A DNA stretch of 64,000 nt from Podarcis muralis (GCF_964188315.1 NC_135665.1:35092001-35156000), one strand, 5' to 3'; shown: positions 1-13,369, numbered from the stretch's first letter. The notes: a model not told the origin generated them from the sequence alone. Numbers and translations are program-made.

Positions 1-64
1 GGCCATGAGGCTGATGGAAGCTGTGATCCAACAACCTCTGGTGGGCACTATGTTAGCTACCCTT
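1..64. mobile_element. Partial hAT-type MITE end
   Basis: gctgatggaagctgtgatccaacaacctctggtgggcac...cccttg resembles the gatgggagttgtagtcc...ctgga arm of the MITE at 16630-16765. Confidence 0.45.
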
Positions 65-1196
65 GATTTAAGGGAACAGAATTATCAGCTAAAATCAGAA
101 TACTCTAACAGCTAACTTCATTTAAACCGAGCAGTGGTGCTTTAATTCTTCTGCACAATAGATTGTTCCAGATGACGTCGTCCAACAAATAAGCAGTGTG
201 CTAGTGCAGTGGGAAGCTTGCTTTGTTAAGTACAATGGCTTACACATAGTAAATTTAGATTTTAAAATGAAGAAATCAACCAACCAAGTCTTTCCAACTC
301 CTGAAAATGCAGTCAAAGCTACCTGTGAATAAGCACCGGATATTAGCCAAGTAATGAATAGAGTGCTTTTAGTAGTAATTTGTACCAAACAGCAACACTT
401 AAATGTTATGAGAAAGAATGACAAAAAGTAGGATAAACTACTCTTTGCGGATCAGAGATCCGAGGAGCATTTTGCTGAAAGACAGCTGTAACAGCCCAGT
501 CTGAGTAGCAACGTAAGTAAACAAAATAAAACTGCTTCCCAGAGTGGCTATGCTTTGCCAAAGAAAGCAGTCAGGTAAGAGCTATAAACAGCTGAGAGAC
601 CTGTAAACATTACACTCTAATTTGTTTTGAACACAGGAGAAAGTAAAATGATTTACAAAGATCCTTCCCATTCATGCTATGAACACATTGTGTCTGTTTC
701 AAATCTACTTAAGACCAAACGTCAGAGGACTGACATTGCCTCCACAATATTTATAGGTTTAAAAATTAATGCAAGAGCAATTTCCTATGTAAAGTGCTAG
801 GAAGTCTTTATTTCTTTTCTTGAAAAGGCTACTATGTTCTTGCTAATTTTATTCACCATAAGCTTTTGGTTTATCGCGAGAGATATTGTAGTGTCAGTAT
901 ATGGACATTTAGGAAGGCAGCAATAAAAATCTTTTTCTCTGCTACAAATAATGAAGTTCTTTAGGATTTACCGTTATAAAAGTTTCCTTTCTTCACTTCC
1001 GTCTTGTGCAAAAGAAATCACATACTCTCTGAAGGACTGCTCAAGTAAGACACATTCTTCCAAATTCTATCTTTATTTTTGTTTAATGTGTAATTGTCCA
1101 GTAGTTGTAACAGTAACAAACAAGCAACCATAACATAATAAACTAGAATGGTTTAAATTTCAAGAAAGGTACCTTTATTAGTTTGTGGTAGTGAAA

Positions 1197-1272
1197 AAAG
1201 AGTCTTATGGTAAAGACTAACAAATTTGTTAAGGGATAAGCTTTCATGGACCACAGTCCACTTCATCAGATG
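1197..1272 (-). mobile_element. Penelope-like element (pseudo-LTR) remnant with a minimal hammerhead ribozyme core
   Basis: The - strand reads CAT-CTGATGA-A-GTGGAC-TGTG-GTCCAT-GAAA-GCTT-AT. The flanking gagtcttatggtaaagactaacaaatttgtt...taagctttcatggaccacagtccacttcatcagatg resembles reptile PLE termini as I recall them. Confidence 0.6.
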
Positions 1273-3165
1273 ATATATACGCTGCACACAGGCACACTCT
1301 TAGGGAAATAGTGTCTCTATAATATCAGCCACTGCCACCTCCTCCCAAATTTCCTTGACTATGGGATTTCTTAGAAGCAGGGAAGACTCTGGCCTCTTCA
1401 GCATGTGGCCCTCAGAACATTGCTCTGAAGGGAATGCCCTTGGGCTTAAAGCGTTTTTCCACCCCTGCTGTAAACTAACAACACAGCTTCTGCTGGATCA
1501 TTTCCATTTTACTGGAGAAATTCCTATTGGTTTCAACACATTTGTCTTCTGCAAAAAATATTGATGACCTGGTAGTTAAGGGGTTCAAACCATTTGGAAT
1601 ACAGAATTAGACTCCCCCCCTCTTTTTTTGGTAAATTACAATCATTAAACATCCTCTACCTATTGCTATTTAAATCAAATGCCTGGAACCCTAATGTGAA
1701 ATAACAGCACCCCAAATGCTATTTTAATTGATGAAATTATTTCTAATGTAGAAATAAAGAAACCCTTCAGTTCAAGTACTGCATACTTTTGTTTCAATAT
1801 TTCCCACTGTTACAAAGCTGAATACAGAGCTCATTGTGTGTGCTATTCTACTATGCCAATCCACCCCCTAAACCCAATTTATACAATAAGCCCCAAAGGC
1901 TGCTACTAATAGCAGCCTATGTTGACAGGTTCAATTTTTTTGAGAGGAGGAGGAGGGGGGAACTGATATGGTTCCACAAGAGTGAGCTGTCTTTCAAATG
2001 TCTATTATATTGCAATATCCATCTGCAGAAAGGTTTTGGAATTAACAGCTTTGGTCTCCTACATTTCTGTCCATCATGTGAAGCTATAGATAATGAACAG
2101 GCTATTCCACATTTGCCACGAGAAACAAATGTGCAGAGCAAAGATAGAGCAATATGGAAACCTGAACGTAATTTATTTTAAGAACAGCAACGTTCAGAAT
2201 ACTCTTAATTTATTTTAAGAACAGCAATATCCCAAACGTTCTGCTACTTTAGAACCTGGTTATATTTTAACTTAATAAAGGAGGGATAAAAATATTATTC
2301 ATATTGCTTCCAGCCTGCCTAGTCTTACAAAGCCCTTGCACTAAGTTTTACAAATCTATAACACCATATTGAAAGTGTGTCTGTCATGCTATGCAGATGC
2401 AGGGGAAAGTGTCCTGGGGAGAGCTTTTCATCATGAAGATGAAAGAGAGCTCCCAGGCCTTTTGGAATGAGACTTACTGGAACTCAGCATAAAGACAGAT
2501 GCTTCCTTTTTAATGGCAATTATTACAATACTCTGGCACAGCATTAAATCCATTTCTGATCATTTTCATCTCTTAGAAATTAATCAATGCTGCCTCCCTC
2601 TCCCCCCCCCCCCTTTTTATAAAATTGTATTTTTTCAGTACCTCCCAGATTGGTGTGTATACAGTGTCCACTAACAGGAAGGAAAAGGTTTTTGTTTTTT
2701 AACTTAAGAAGAATTTCAGAAGTCAACCATCAGAAGCGTCATGACAAGTATTGTAGCATTCACATCATAGGAGCACCTCGGTAAAATAGCATATGCGGCT
2801 CAGACCTCAACCTGAGGGTAATCCCAGTAGCATGAACAAATCTTAGTCAAATGAGGACTGGAGACAGGACTGGCTCAATACATTTTGCTACTTGAAGCAA
2901 AACAGAAAGTGCTGTATCCTGCCACTGCCCCCTCCACCACTGCTCCCTCCTCCTCTTTTGCCGCTGCCTGAAGTGACTGGAAGCAGCCCAGGAAAGGCCC
3001 AACATAGTGAAGGCAGCAAGGGAGGAAAAAGGATGCTGGAGAGGAGCAGGTGGTGGCAGCAGCAAAGTAGTCTGCCTGACAGCTTGGCCTTCATCATAAA
3101 ATATTCCTGTAAAATAAAAGGGATGCCTGTGATATCTCTGGTATAAACAATTTGGTCTACCTCAC

Positions 3166-3269
3166 CTGCTGCTGATGTGGAGGGCTGCGTTGAATTTTCA
3201 CTTTCATCATCAGTGCTTCCGTCATAATCTTCTGTTTCAACTTTACTTTCGGATGTAGACATGGTGTCC
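3166..3269 (-). CDS. XRCC4: XRCC4 exon 6 (104 nt), start of the disordered C-terminal region
   Basis: (R)DTMSTSESKVETEDYDGSTDDESENSTQPSTSAA+G. YDGSTDDESE (3197-3226) matches human YDESTDEESE, the CK2 site T233 that binds FHA domains. Acceptor gtttttacag, donor gtgagg. Confidence 0.93.
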
Positions 3270-5268
3270 CTGTAAAAACACAAAGGCATTTCCTTCTCAT
3301 GCCTTTAAAATACATTTTAAACCAATAGATATGACATCATCATCTGCATATGCAGCACAGATGAACAGGTATTTGTTTGAATTGTATTAATTGGATAAGG
3401 GATCTAAATAGAGACCATTATTTGTGGTGTGACACCCCTTTTGCATTGATTCAGATTTGTCATGGCCAATGTCTGATGCAATAAAGATATCTGGATTGGA
3501 TTGGGTAATGAAAGTTTTAGACAAATCTGACCAAACTCAGGTTCCCTAACCATTTTTCTCTGAAAAAAATAATTATTGCGATTCCTAAGTTTAGATAACA
3601 TTTATGGTGGTTACATGTTTTTTTAAATATGTTCCTTTCCAAATGTATAATAAGTGAAGTGTGGTGAAGATTTCACAAAAGTCCTTTAAGTTGGCAGTTT
3701 CCAACATTTTCATAATTGGGACTGACCTTAGTCCTAACCTCCAACGAAACCCATTTCCTCCCCGTATATACGTTTTTAGTCATTCTCTGCTGTCTTTCTC
3801 ATTCTCTCTTTTCCTTTTCTCCTTTTCCTAACTCTCCTCACTTTCTCTCTGTGTTTCTCTGTTAAAAAAAACAAATCCTTAAAAGATGGTGCTGCTGCTG
3901 GTGTGACCCACTTTAAGTCAGGGCACAACCCAGCTGTGGGTCCTGACCCAGCCACTGAAGGTCAGTGTTACTATCATCCATCTAAAGGCCAATTCACATA
4001 CAATAGTTATAGCAGATTCTCATTAAAAAGTTTAGTACGTAATGTGTGATGTTGCTAAAACAAAGAAAAAAACAAGGACAGAAAGGAAAGGTAAAATGAA
4101 TTCTAAGACTGATTGACCTGATCCACACCTCCTCGATTAATTCTGGGAATTTCAATATGAACCTATTTGATCTTCACCATCCACATTAAATCACAGATTG
4201 AAAACTAAGCTTTCAGATTTTGCTCTCCTCTAAATTTTTCAGTGAATTTCTCCGTTCAAAAAAGTACCATCAAATGCATTATTTTAGGATAAAATACATC
4301 AAAATACATTGATGTGTACTGTGAGGAAAAAAATATTTAGAAATTTGGATTGCGTGAGGAAATACATACAAACATATCTAGGATCTTTGTGCTTTAAAAA
4401 CAATACAGATAAATATGAAAATGAGATGAAATGAATGTGTTATGAATGAACAGATGGAAAAGTACACAGAGAAGAAATATACTGATTTGTCCACCCTTAG
4501 TTACAACATGATTTCTTCTCCCCTCCCTTATGAAGTCACAGTAAGATCCTGAACACATTTCCAGGAAAATACTATGCATAATAGTAAAAACAAGGTACAT
4601 GCAAAATTTGCAATGTGTGCCTGTTTCTGTTGCATTGTGTGAAACAAGCCAGAGTAATAGGGCATTTTATTTTATACCTAAAATTATACAAGCTTGATGT
4701 TTTCAAGGTCATCTGCCATTAGAGATGGTGATACAGCTTCAAATCCTACAAATACATTCTTCTACAGTCCCAATTAGCTAACTCAGTGGAAACAAAGCCC
4801 CACTCTCAGTAGGGAAAATAGCCACCAATAGCTCCTTTCGTCAAGTTCAGATTATTATTAACGAGCTCTAATACTTTACTGCATTTACATGGAATAAACT
4901 TTTGCTAACCCTGATCAATCTCTGTTCTAGCTAAGTCTTAGCCATTCCATCATCACAAATATTTTCAAGGAAAGCCCAGTCTGCATATCAGGTATCTCAT
5001 TAGCTAACACTTTTATCCTTCTTTTAAAGCCAGGATTAAGAAAAGACGGGCAGGCATGCCTGTGATATACAAAATGTTTGACAGTTTCAAATGAAGATTC
5101 AGATTTACTACTTTGCTTCTAGATGGCATTAATGAGACTGAATTGCAGAACTGCTAAAGGTGCCTGCACTTCAGAGCTCAACAAAGTGATTTTTGCTGTA
5201 AGATCATTCTGCTAAAGCTTAGATGAGTCAACCAAACTGAACCACATTTATTTTAAGCATGATGCTTA

Positions 5269-5514
<246 letters not shown>

Positions 5515-5599
5515 TTAGTGAGAATATGCAAGAACATATGTTTCAAAGAGGCATTATCCTTATTAAATCTCCAACAAGAAGTAGTGTTAGACAGTCCTT

Positions 5600-6027
5600 T
5601 TCTATACAAACGTAGTGGAGTCTAAAATATTCTAAACATGATTTTCCGTTGTATAAGTCTTAGATCCATTGATACCACTGCTTACAGAAGTTAAGACACT
5701 ATCCCACTATCTAGGTAGTATAGGTAGTCTGACTGTACGGAAAAACTAAAAAAATTCAGAAGAAAATATTATTTTGAATTATATACCTATCATATGGAAG
5801 TTGACAACTGGACAACAAAAATGAACTCTATGTACCCTAACTATGGCCAAAAGACTAGAACTGATGAATTGGAAGGGGGGGTTGACTATGTTCCCTTTAA
5901 CCAATGGATTGAAGACATTACAGCATTTACAACATATGAACAGATTGCTTATAGATACAGACTTTGTTTGGATAAACATACTGCTGTTTGGAATGAGTTT
6001 ATACAGAGTATAGCAGGTTATGAATAA
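5600..6027 (+). mobile_element. L1-clade LINE ORF2 C-terminal remnant
   Basis: ORF 5794-6027 ends VPFNQWIEDITAFTTYEQIAYRYRLCLDKHTAVWNEFI, the P-x-x-x-QW...E...Y...DK...W-x-x-F pattern of non-mammalian L1 ORF2 C-termini. The 5' limit is approximate. Confidence 0.6.
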
Positions 6028-7415
6028 TCATATATGTATTAGCACAGATAAGCTTTAAAAACTTTAAAATATTAATAAAAATACAAATGTACATTTCATG
6101 TTTATGATAAAGAGTAAGGGAGGTCTCTAAATTGTCTTAGATGCTTACATCAAAAGCATGAGGCATGACAGCAGCCTTCCAAGTTTACCCAAGTGGAGAA
6201 ACCAGCTCCTAAAATGGAATGTGTTGCCATACTATTGGGTGATATTCAATGTTACTCTGAGCAGGCCCACTGATTTCACCCAGTGTCTATAAATTTAAAA
6301 TTTAAAATTCAGGGTTTTTTGTGCATATTAAACCATAAAGACCCAACATATTAAGCTTATGTTTCAGAATGTATTTGGCTCTTTAGGTCACTAGCCCAGT
6401 TTAAAATATTAGCAAATATAGATTGTACCGCTTTACAGATTAAATTCCATAATGGGAAAATAATCTTATGAACTATTAACACAGTCTGCCTTGATGTGTT
6501 CAACAGCTGATAAATAATTCATCTAATTTAAATGCAAATGGCTGTGTATTATTAGCATGTAGATCAGCTCAATAACTCTTAAAAGAAAGATGATATGTAC
6601 TAATCAACTATAAATCAAACCTCAAACTCTTTAGCAGGGGTGGGGAAATTGAACAGAAACGGTAAAATGTTAAGATTAACAGTAAAAGGAGAATCCTTAC
6701 ACATTTCATTGGGGAAGCAAATTTAAAAAAAATGTTTCAGAAAATAAAGACAAAGTGATGATTGCAGTTTTTTCCTATTCTGTAGCAGCAAGGTTCAAAA
6801 AGTTCAATCTTGCTTACACATCAGCCATAGGGCCTTATCATTTGCAGAAAATACGTCTACAACTGTTTTCAGTAAGAAACAAAATCCATACAAATTTCTG
6901 AATTATAGCTATCTGGAGGATAAACCAAAGCTCAGCAGATGGAAGTATGCTTTTATTATTGCTAAAAGCAACAGATTTAAATTAACACCAGCAGATTCCT
7001 GGTTTAGCACGGAGTAGTGGCATGCAAGGATTATGAAAGTCACAAAAACCAGGCAGCTTCTTTTTCACAGAAGAACAAGCTCCACCATCTTAGAAGGTGA
7101 CCAAAAACTTGTTGCATCTAGTATAAGGAGGGACATTTTACATTTTACAAAATTTAAGTTTGCAAGTGTTACTTTCATCCTTTGCTGCCTTATGTCCTCG
7201 TTTTATTTGTATTGCTCTCTCCTTTTTGTTCTAGATTACATTCCAGTCTGGCTTCAGGCTTCCTCATGGCTCTGAAACTGGCTTGGCCACCCTTGTTGAT
7301 GATTAATTGGGAGAGAGATGGGGGCAGTGCAACACTGCACTCTCTCCTTGATCTCTCAAAACTGTTAACCACAGTAGCCTTCTGGAGTGTCTCAGGGGGT
7401 TGGGGGCCACTGAAC

Positions 7416-7636
7416 CAGGCAGAGGGCCTTCTCGGTGGTGGCGCCTGCCCTGTGGAAGGCCCTCCCAGCAGATGTCAAGGCAATAAACAACTATTTTACT
7501 TTTAAAAGACAACTGAAGGTGGCCCTGTTTAGGGAAGTTTTTAATGTCTGATGCTGTATTGTTTATAATATTCGGTTGGGAGCCACCCAGAGATGTGTGG
7601 GGTATTATAATTATAGTAGTAGTAGTAGTAGTAGTA

Positions 7637-7677
<41 letters not shown>
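7416..7677 (+). mobile_element. L2-type LINE 3' end with (TAG)n(TAA)n tail
   Basis: agggccttctcggtggtggcgcctgccctgtgg...gtttttaatg...gggagccacccagag followed by a simple-repeat tail. Clearly paralogous to 12686-12932. Confidence 0.7.
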
Positions 7678-7829
7678 CTCTAGTTTCCTTCGTCAACAGG
7701 AGATTCAGAGTGAAGTATCATCCATATGCAGGTGACACCAGCTCTATCTGTACCATCTGAATCAGGAGAGACAGTTGAGCTATTAGGCCAGTGGTTGGAG
7801 GCTGTGATAAGATGAAAAATGGGCCAATA

Positions 7830-8140
7830 AACTGAAGTTGGAAGGGACCTCGGGAGTCATCTAATCCAACCCCTCTGGAATGCAGGAATCTCAACTAACA
7901 CATCCATGACACATGGCCATCCAACCACTGCTTAAAAACCTCCAGGAAAGGAGAGTCTACAGTGCAACCTCACGAGGGAGTCTGTTCCACCGTCAAACAG
8001 CTCTTACTGTGACAAAAATTCTTCCTGATGTTTAGTCGGAATCTCCTTTCTTGTAACTTGAAGACATTGGTTCAGGTCCTATCCTGTGGAACAGGAGAAA
8101 ACAAGCTTGCTCCATCTTCCAGTTGACAGCCCTTAAGATA
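7830..8140 (-). mobile_element. CR1 LINE 3' fragment
   Basis: gttggaagggacctcgggagtcatctaatccaacccc and ttcttcctgatgtttagtcggaatctcc are the reverse complement of CR1 3' sequence, paralogous to 33780-34498. Confidence 0.75.
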
Positions 8141-8278
8141 TATGGTTATTTTAAGACCCTTTATCATCAAAATAGCCATTATCCATCCTTACATTAGAAG
8201 TACAGATTACTGCGGCTATTTCATTGATATTAGAATAAAAAAAACCAAGAATATCCCATGCAGTTTATTTTCAACTTA

Positions 8279-8446
<168 letters not shown>

Positions 8447-9084
8447 CTAGGACAAAAAGAAACAATGAGTTACTTAGCTAGATAAGGTCAGGATACCCAT
8501 TTTCAATCAGGCATCTTCAATGGTCACTCTACAAATGCTTTCCTGTTACAAATGACAACAGCAAGACGATAGAGCTTGTATACTGGTGAAAGCTTTTCCT
8601 TCCTAGGACTTGATCTGAAAGGTCTCTACTGATATTTGAAAATGGACATTAGAGCAGGGATTAGTTTCATTTCAACTGTAAATGGAACTCCAATAAAACA
8701 CAGATTGTGTGCTGCCTTCCGAAATAGAAGTGCCATAAAATATAGGACTTTATTGGATCTGCATAGGATAAAGCTATACCTCTCAAATCTATAGTGGTCT
8801 ACTACAAGCCACAAGAAATTGCATGTGCATTCAGATCTTGCTAACTTGGGAAACTCAGAATTTATTAATAAATCAATTTATCAATCCAAAAAGCTTGGGA
8901 CAGTAGGCATTGAATTTTTTACATTTTATCAAGAGTTAAGGTGAAGATGACAATGAGGCCAAACTTAGATTCACAAAATGCTTAGGGGCATGCATACCCC
9001 TGTGCACCCCCAGAAAAAAGCACTGCCTTTAGCTAATTTAAGTTCCTACGTAACTTTTTCTGCCATGGGTATATGCCACAGCAT

Positions 9085-9126
9085 CCGTGACTGGACCTAA
9101 CGGTCAGGGGTCCCTTTACCTTTACC
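9085..9126 (+). mobile_element. 5'-truncated Sauria SINE 3' end
   Basis: gactggacctaacggtcaggggtccctttacctttacc matches the tails of the copies at 22457 and 28537. Confidence 0.75.
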
Positions 9127-9499
9127 CTTAAACTGTACCAATAATTTAACCATACCAATAATAAGCAAAAGTGAAGTCAGGTTGCACAAGAGTAGTGAGC
9201 ATGGCATGACAGTGAGAAGGGAGAAACACTGAAAGGCTGGTGGGGACGGGGGAAACTGGCAGTTTTAAACAATGGTAAGAGGTTTGAGTAAAGTACTGTG
9301 GAATATTTGAGAGCTCTCATGAGGCAGCTGAGGAATGGAAGAGGGAGTAGTTTGAGTACAGTGAGAAGGGAGAGAGATGAAGGTTTTTGTACTTTTAAAG
9401 TTATTGTTGATACCATATTGTTTTTGTTGACCCTCTTTTCCACTTACAGAGCTGGTTTACTGTTTTTCTTTGAAATAAATATTTAAAAACATTTAACCT

Positions 9500-9707
9500 A
9501 CTGATGCCTCAATTAATGTAATTTTATTGGTATCTATTTTTATTTTTGAAATTTACCAGTAGCTGCTGCATTTCCCACCCTAGGCTTATACTTGAGTCAA
9601 TAAGTTTTCCCAGTTTTTTTGTGGTAAAATTAGGTGCCTTGGCTTATATTCGGGTCGGCTTATACTCAAGTATATATGGTAAGTTCTTAACCCGAGGTAC
9701 CACTGTA
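9500..9707. mobile_element. Two abutting Tc1/mariner-type MITE ends
   Basis: ...ggcttatattcgggtcggcttatactcaagtatatatggTA is followed directly by agttcttaacccgaggtaccactgTA, the same terminus as the MITE at 20113-20343. Confidence 0.55.
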
Positions 9708-10627
9708 CAACATGTAGGTGGTTCACAAATTCCATTTTTTTTCCTGATGTCCCAACTCCTCCCTTTCTTTCCCCAGTTAATATTTTTCCCCAAGACAAAT
9801 TTCACTAATTTCTGCACATTGCTGAAATCTCTACAGATCAATTCATATCTTCCTACTGCCTCCAGCTGTTTTCAGCTATCTGATTTTGTACCATGTGCAA
9901 ATGTAATTACTTTGTTTCCCACTTCTCTTTTCAGTCTACTAACAAGAACCCAACACCAGGATTTTGGTGGTCCAGTATATATATTCCACCGACATTTCTA
10001 AGTGGATCCGCTGGGGAAATGGTGTCTCAATCTGAAGTCCCCCACTTTTAAAAAAAATAATACCCATTACATAACAGGGACACAGAGCAAAGCATGTAAG
10101 AGCAGAATCCTATATTCATGTCTAATAAGAAGAAAACGTTATTGAATTCAATTAGGCTTACTCATATGTAAGCAGCTATAGGATTACAGTATAGTCTAAC
10201 TGGGCATGCACCAATATAGCTTGTTTGGAATTGCCTCTCTACCTAGATTTCTAAAACCCTGTATCTTTTGCCTAGCCAATCAACGACTTCATTGAGCACT
10301 GATGCTCTTTGGGCGAAACTGGTATCAAGCTTCTTCTGATAACATTTACCTTTTCCAAATACTAACTTTTCCAATTACTACAATTGCAATGATATTTGGC
10401 TGAGAAAATTCAGCAAATTACAAATCAGTCTTACACCACAGGGTGTTGGGTTTTGTAGGTTTTTCTTTCCTTTGCTTTGATCTTGGTTTGTTCAGAGTGA
10501 GCAATTGTATTATACAATATAAAATTCTAGATCTCTATACCAAATTGTTTCCAGGCTCTATCCACTGGATGACATAGGGAGGAAAAGAATGGAGCAAAAC
10601 AGGAAAAAGAGGGTGGAGGGTACATTG

Positions 10628-11190
10628 GTTTTTTTTATATAAAAACAACATTTTTATTGGTTTTTAAACAAATACAAATAAAATAACCATTAAGCACTTA
10701 TCCAGCAGTACATCTAATGGTGTCTGTTTTATCCATTCTCTCTAGACATTCACTTACACATTCAACATTCAAACATATTACTTAATGTAACCTCTCCAAT
10801 GAGAATGAGCGCTTGATATAACAAGGTCTTGATTTGAGGCACATTGTTCTGATCCATCACATTATCAAACCCTCATCTAAGGAAGTCCCCATTCCCAATA
10901 AGACTACCTCCCCACCAGTCCCCAAGAAGTCTTCTGTACCCCTAATAGCTTCACAGAGAGCATAACATTCCATGGAGTTCAGTTTCTGCCATAATTAAGA
11001 TACCAGGAAAAGGAAGACCTCACCTGCAATATTCGGCCCTCTACATAAAGTACTGTACACAGAGATAAGAAACCAGCTCCAACCACCCCAAATAGATCCT
11101 TTCCTATTCAGCAGCGTATTATATATAGTTTTCTTCATAATGATCCAACCATTGCTTTTATTTATGCGGAAAACCTCAGCTACTCTTCGC
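10628..11190 (-). mobile_element. Degenerate L1-like 3' fragment
   Basis: The - strand ends ...aaaccaataaaaatgttgtttttatataaaaaaaa (polyA signal plus A-run), with decayed ORF-like sequence upstream. Confidence 0.4.
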
Positions 11191-12685
11191 TCGGGATGTC
11201 AGAATTCAAAGGAAAAAGAGGAATGGGAGCGGAATTTGCTGAAGTTCACTTATTTGTGAGGTGGGGGGGATGTAGACCAGCAACATGGCAGACAGTTGGA
11301 AACAGAGACATAGTTAGTGCAGTTGGTTCTTGTGTGAGGGGAGATAGAAGAGTTAGAGGCAGGATAAAATAAGACTAAGAAGGTAAAGAGTAACAACGTT
11401 TTGAATGCAGTTAAATTTTATTTGTGTTTGCAATAAACTACACTCTTTGTTAACTTAAGAACCTGACTGAGAATAAGTGATTTACCAGGGAGGACCTGGT
11501 TGGTGGCAGCAGATTAGTGGTGTACAGGTCAATAGTCCGTGAGACTGTACTAACGCCACAATGCTCTATTCCCCCCCCCCCCAAAAAAAATGAGCTGCTG
11601 CTGCTGCTGCTGCTGTTGTTGTATAGTGCGGAGAAAACCATTTCATAACATTCTTTATAAAAAATTAGGAAAATATATCAGAAATGTTTGGGTACATAAT
11701 CCTGCCTCAACAAGGACTTTTTTTTAAATCACAATATATTTATACCCCACTTTTCTATGTAAAACACTGAATGCAACTGATACATTTCAAATAACAAAAT
11801 GCCATATCAATGCAACAAGTTATGAGGCGAGAAACTTATACAATAAAAGCATTATATCGTGTTTTTAAAATCACTTTCCAAGTGTTCCTGTTTGAAATTG
11901 ACACAATGACAAACTTGTTTTCACAAAACATCCATCTGGAAAACATTATGCCATTTGATTTCCTAAGTTAATCAGTCAGTGGTCCTGATACGTGTTTTTT
12001 TAAGCTGTGCCATCACCATCTCCAGGGATAATGTTCAACAGCAACCATGTCATTGCTGGGTGCGGCAAAGAACCCGTGTTATTACGCAACACACTTACAA
12101 AAAAAATGTAAAAGCTAAACTAGCCTTTAGTCTGAAAATTCTGGAAAGAAAGTAAAAAAGTCTAAAAACTTTGGTTACACTATTCTAGGTGTTGCATCAG
12201 CAAAAGCTGAGCTGGGTTATAAGGGGTTTGTTTTAAGACAGATCATTGATGTTTGTGTGGTTTCCTCATTTTCTCTTTCATAGGAAAGCTAGTTCGTTCG
12301 CATTTAAAGAGGGGATATGTGTTCTGAACATGGGGCAGGTGGTGGTGGAAGTAAGTCTATCAGCAGCTGGACCTGCCTACTCCATGAATGGCCATCTGAA
12401 CAGAGGCTGCATATGCACATATTCATGTAGGCATATTCATGTAGGCATATGCCTACATATTCATGTAGGCTTCCTAGAGCAATTGTTCAGAAATTACAAT
12501 GCATGCGCATGGAAAGGCTGGGCCATAATATCTCTCCCCACACAACCCCAGCATTTGTTCATCATCCCCCTCACACAAAGTTCTCTAGGCCGCTTACAAT
12601 GAAAACAGTGTAAATATATAATCAAACATAAAATCAAAACCAAACAGGTACAACAAAAAGAGCGCACACAACATTCCCAATATTA

Positions 12686-12892
12686 GCAGAAGGCCTTCTC
12701 AGTAGTGGCGCCTGCCCTGTGGAACGCCCTCTCATCAGATGTCAAGGAAATAAACAACTATCTGACTTTTAGAAGACATCTGAAGGCAGCCCTGTTTAGG
12801 AAAGTTTTTAATGTTTGATGTTTTATCGTGTTTTTAATACTCTGTTGGGAGCCACCCAGAGTGGCTGGGGAAACCCAGCCAGATGGGCGGGC

Positions 12893-12932
<40 letters not shown>
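12686..12932 (+). mobile_element. L2-type LINE 3' end with (TAA)n tail
   Basis: Paralogue of 7416-7677, ending gggagccacccagagtggctggggaaacccagccagatgggcggg followed by (TAA)n. Confidence 0.7.
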
Positions 12933-13138
12933 TACTATAGCAAACAAGAGGCTCAGACTACAAAAGTGGCTTAGAAGGTCTAACAAAGCTTTATCCGGCT
13001 TGCTCAATGGCTGGGTGATATTTAGCAAAGGGGGAAAGGCCCCAAGCATGAGTACTGTGTGAGGCTATAGGGGCATCTGCATGTGACATCTCCTTCTCCA
13101 CCCCTGACCTTCCCTTATTGGGCAGGAAGGTCTGTAGT

Positions 13139-13140
<2 letters not shown>

Positions 13141-13216
<76 letters not shown>
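13141..13216. repeat. Compound microsatellite (TG)15(AG)23
   Basis: Directly visible. Confidence 0.98.
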
Positions 13217-13217
<1 letters not shown>

Positions 13218-13369
13218 ACCCTGTGTAATCTGGGTTCCTGTTTGCAAGGTGCACTGTAACTGCATTCAGCCAAATCCCCTTATAATACTCCTTCAATCAA
13301 CAGGAAGGCCAGAGATGGAGGAAGCAGGGCTGGCTGGCTGGCATGCACAACCCATGGACAGAATTGAAG

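Noticed and set aside
1424-1460. Second hammerhead-like string CTGAAGG-GAAT-GCCC-TT-GGGC-TT-AAAGCG on the + strand
   Set aside because: Both catalytic boxes are mutated (no CUGANGA, no GAAA). It may be a decayed PLE copy but cannot be supported.
1-3165. XRCC4 exons 7-8 (human ...RKRRQR... segment and C-terminus)
   Set aside because: No spliceable segment with a recognisable match on the - strand. They probably lie beyond the left edge of the window.
11197-11560. Possible solo LTR (TGTCAG...CCACA, internal AATAAA)
   Set aside because: No TSD and no second copy in the window. Suggestive only; the same applies to LTR-like tracts near 27520-27850 and 46050-46470.
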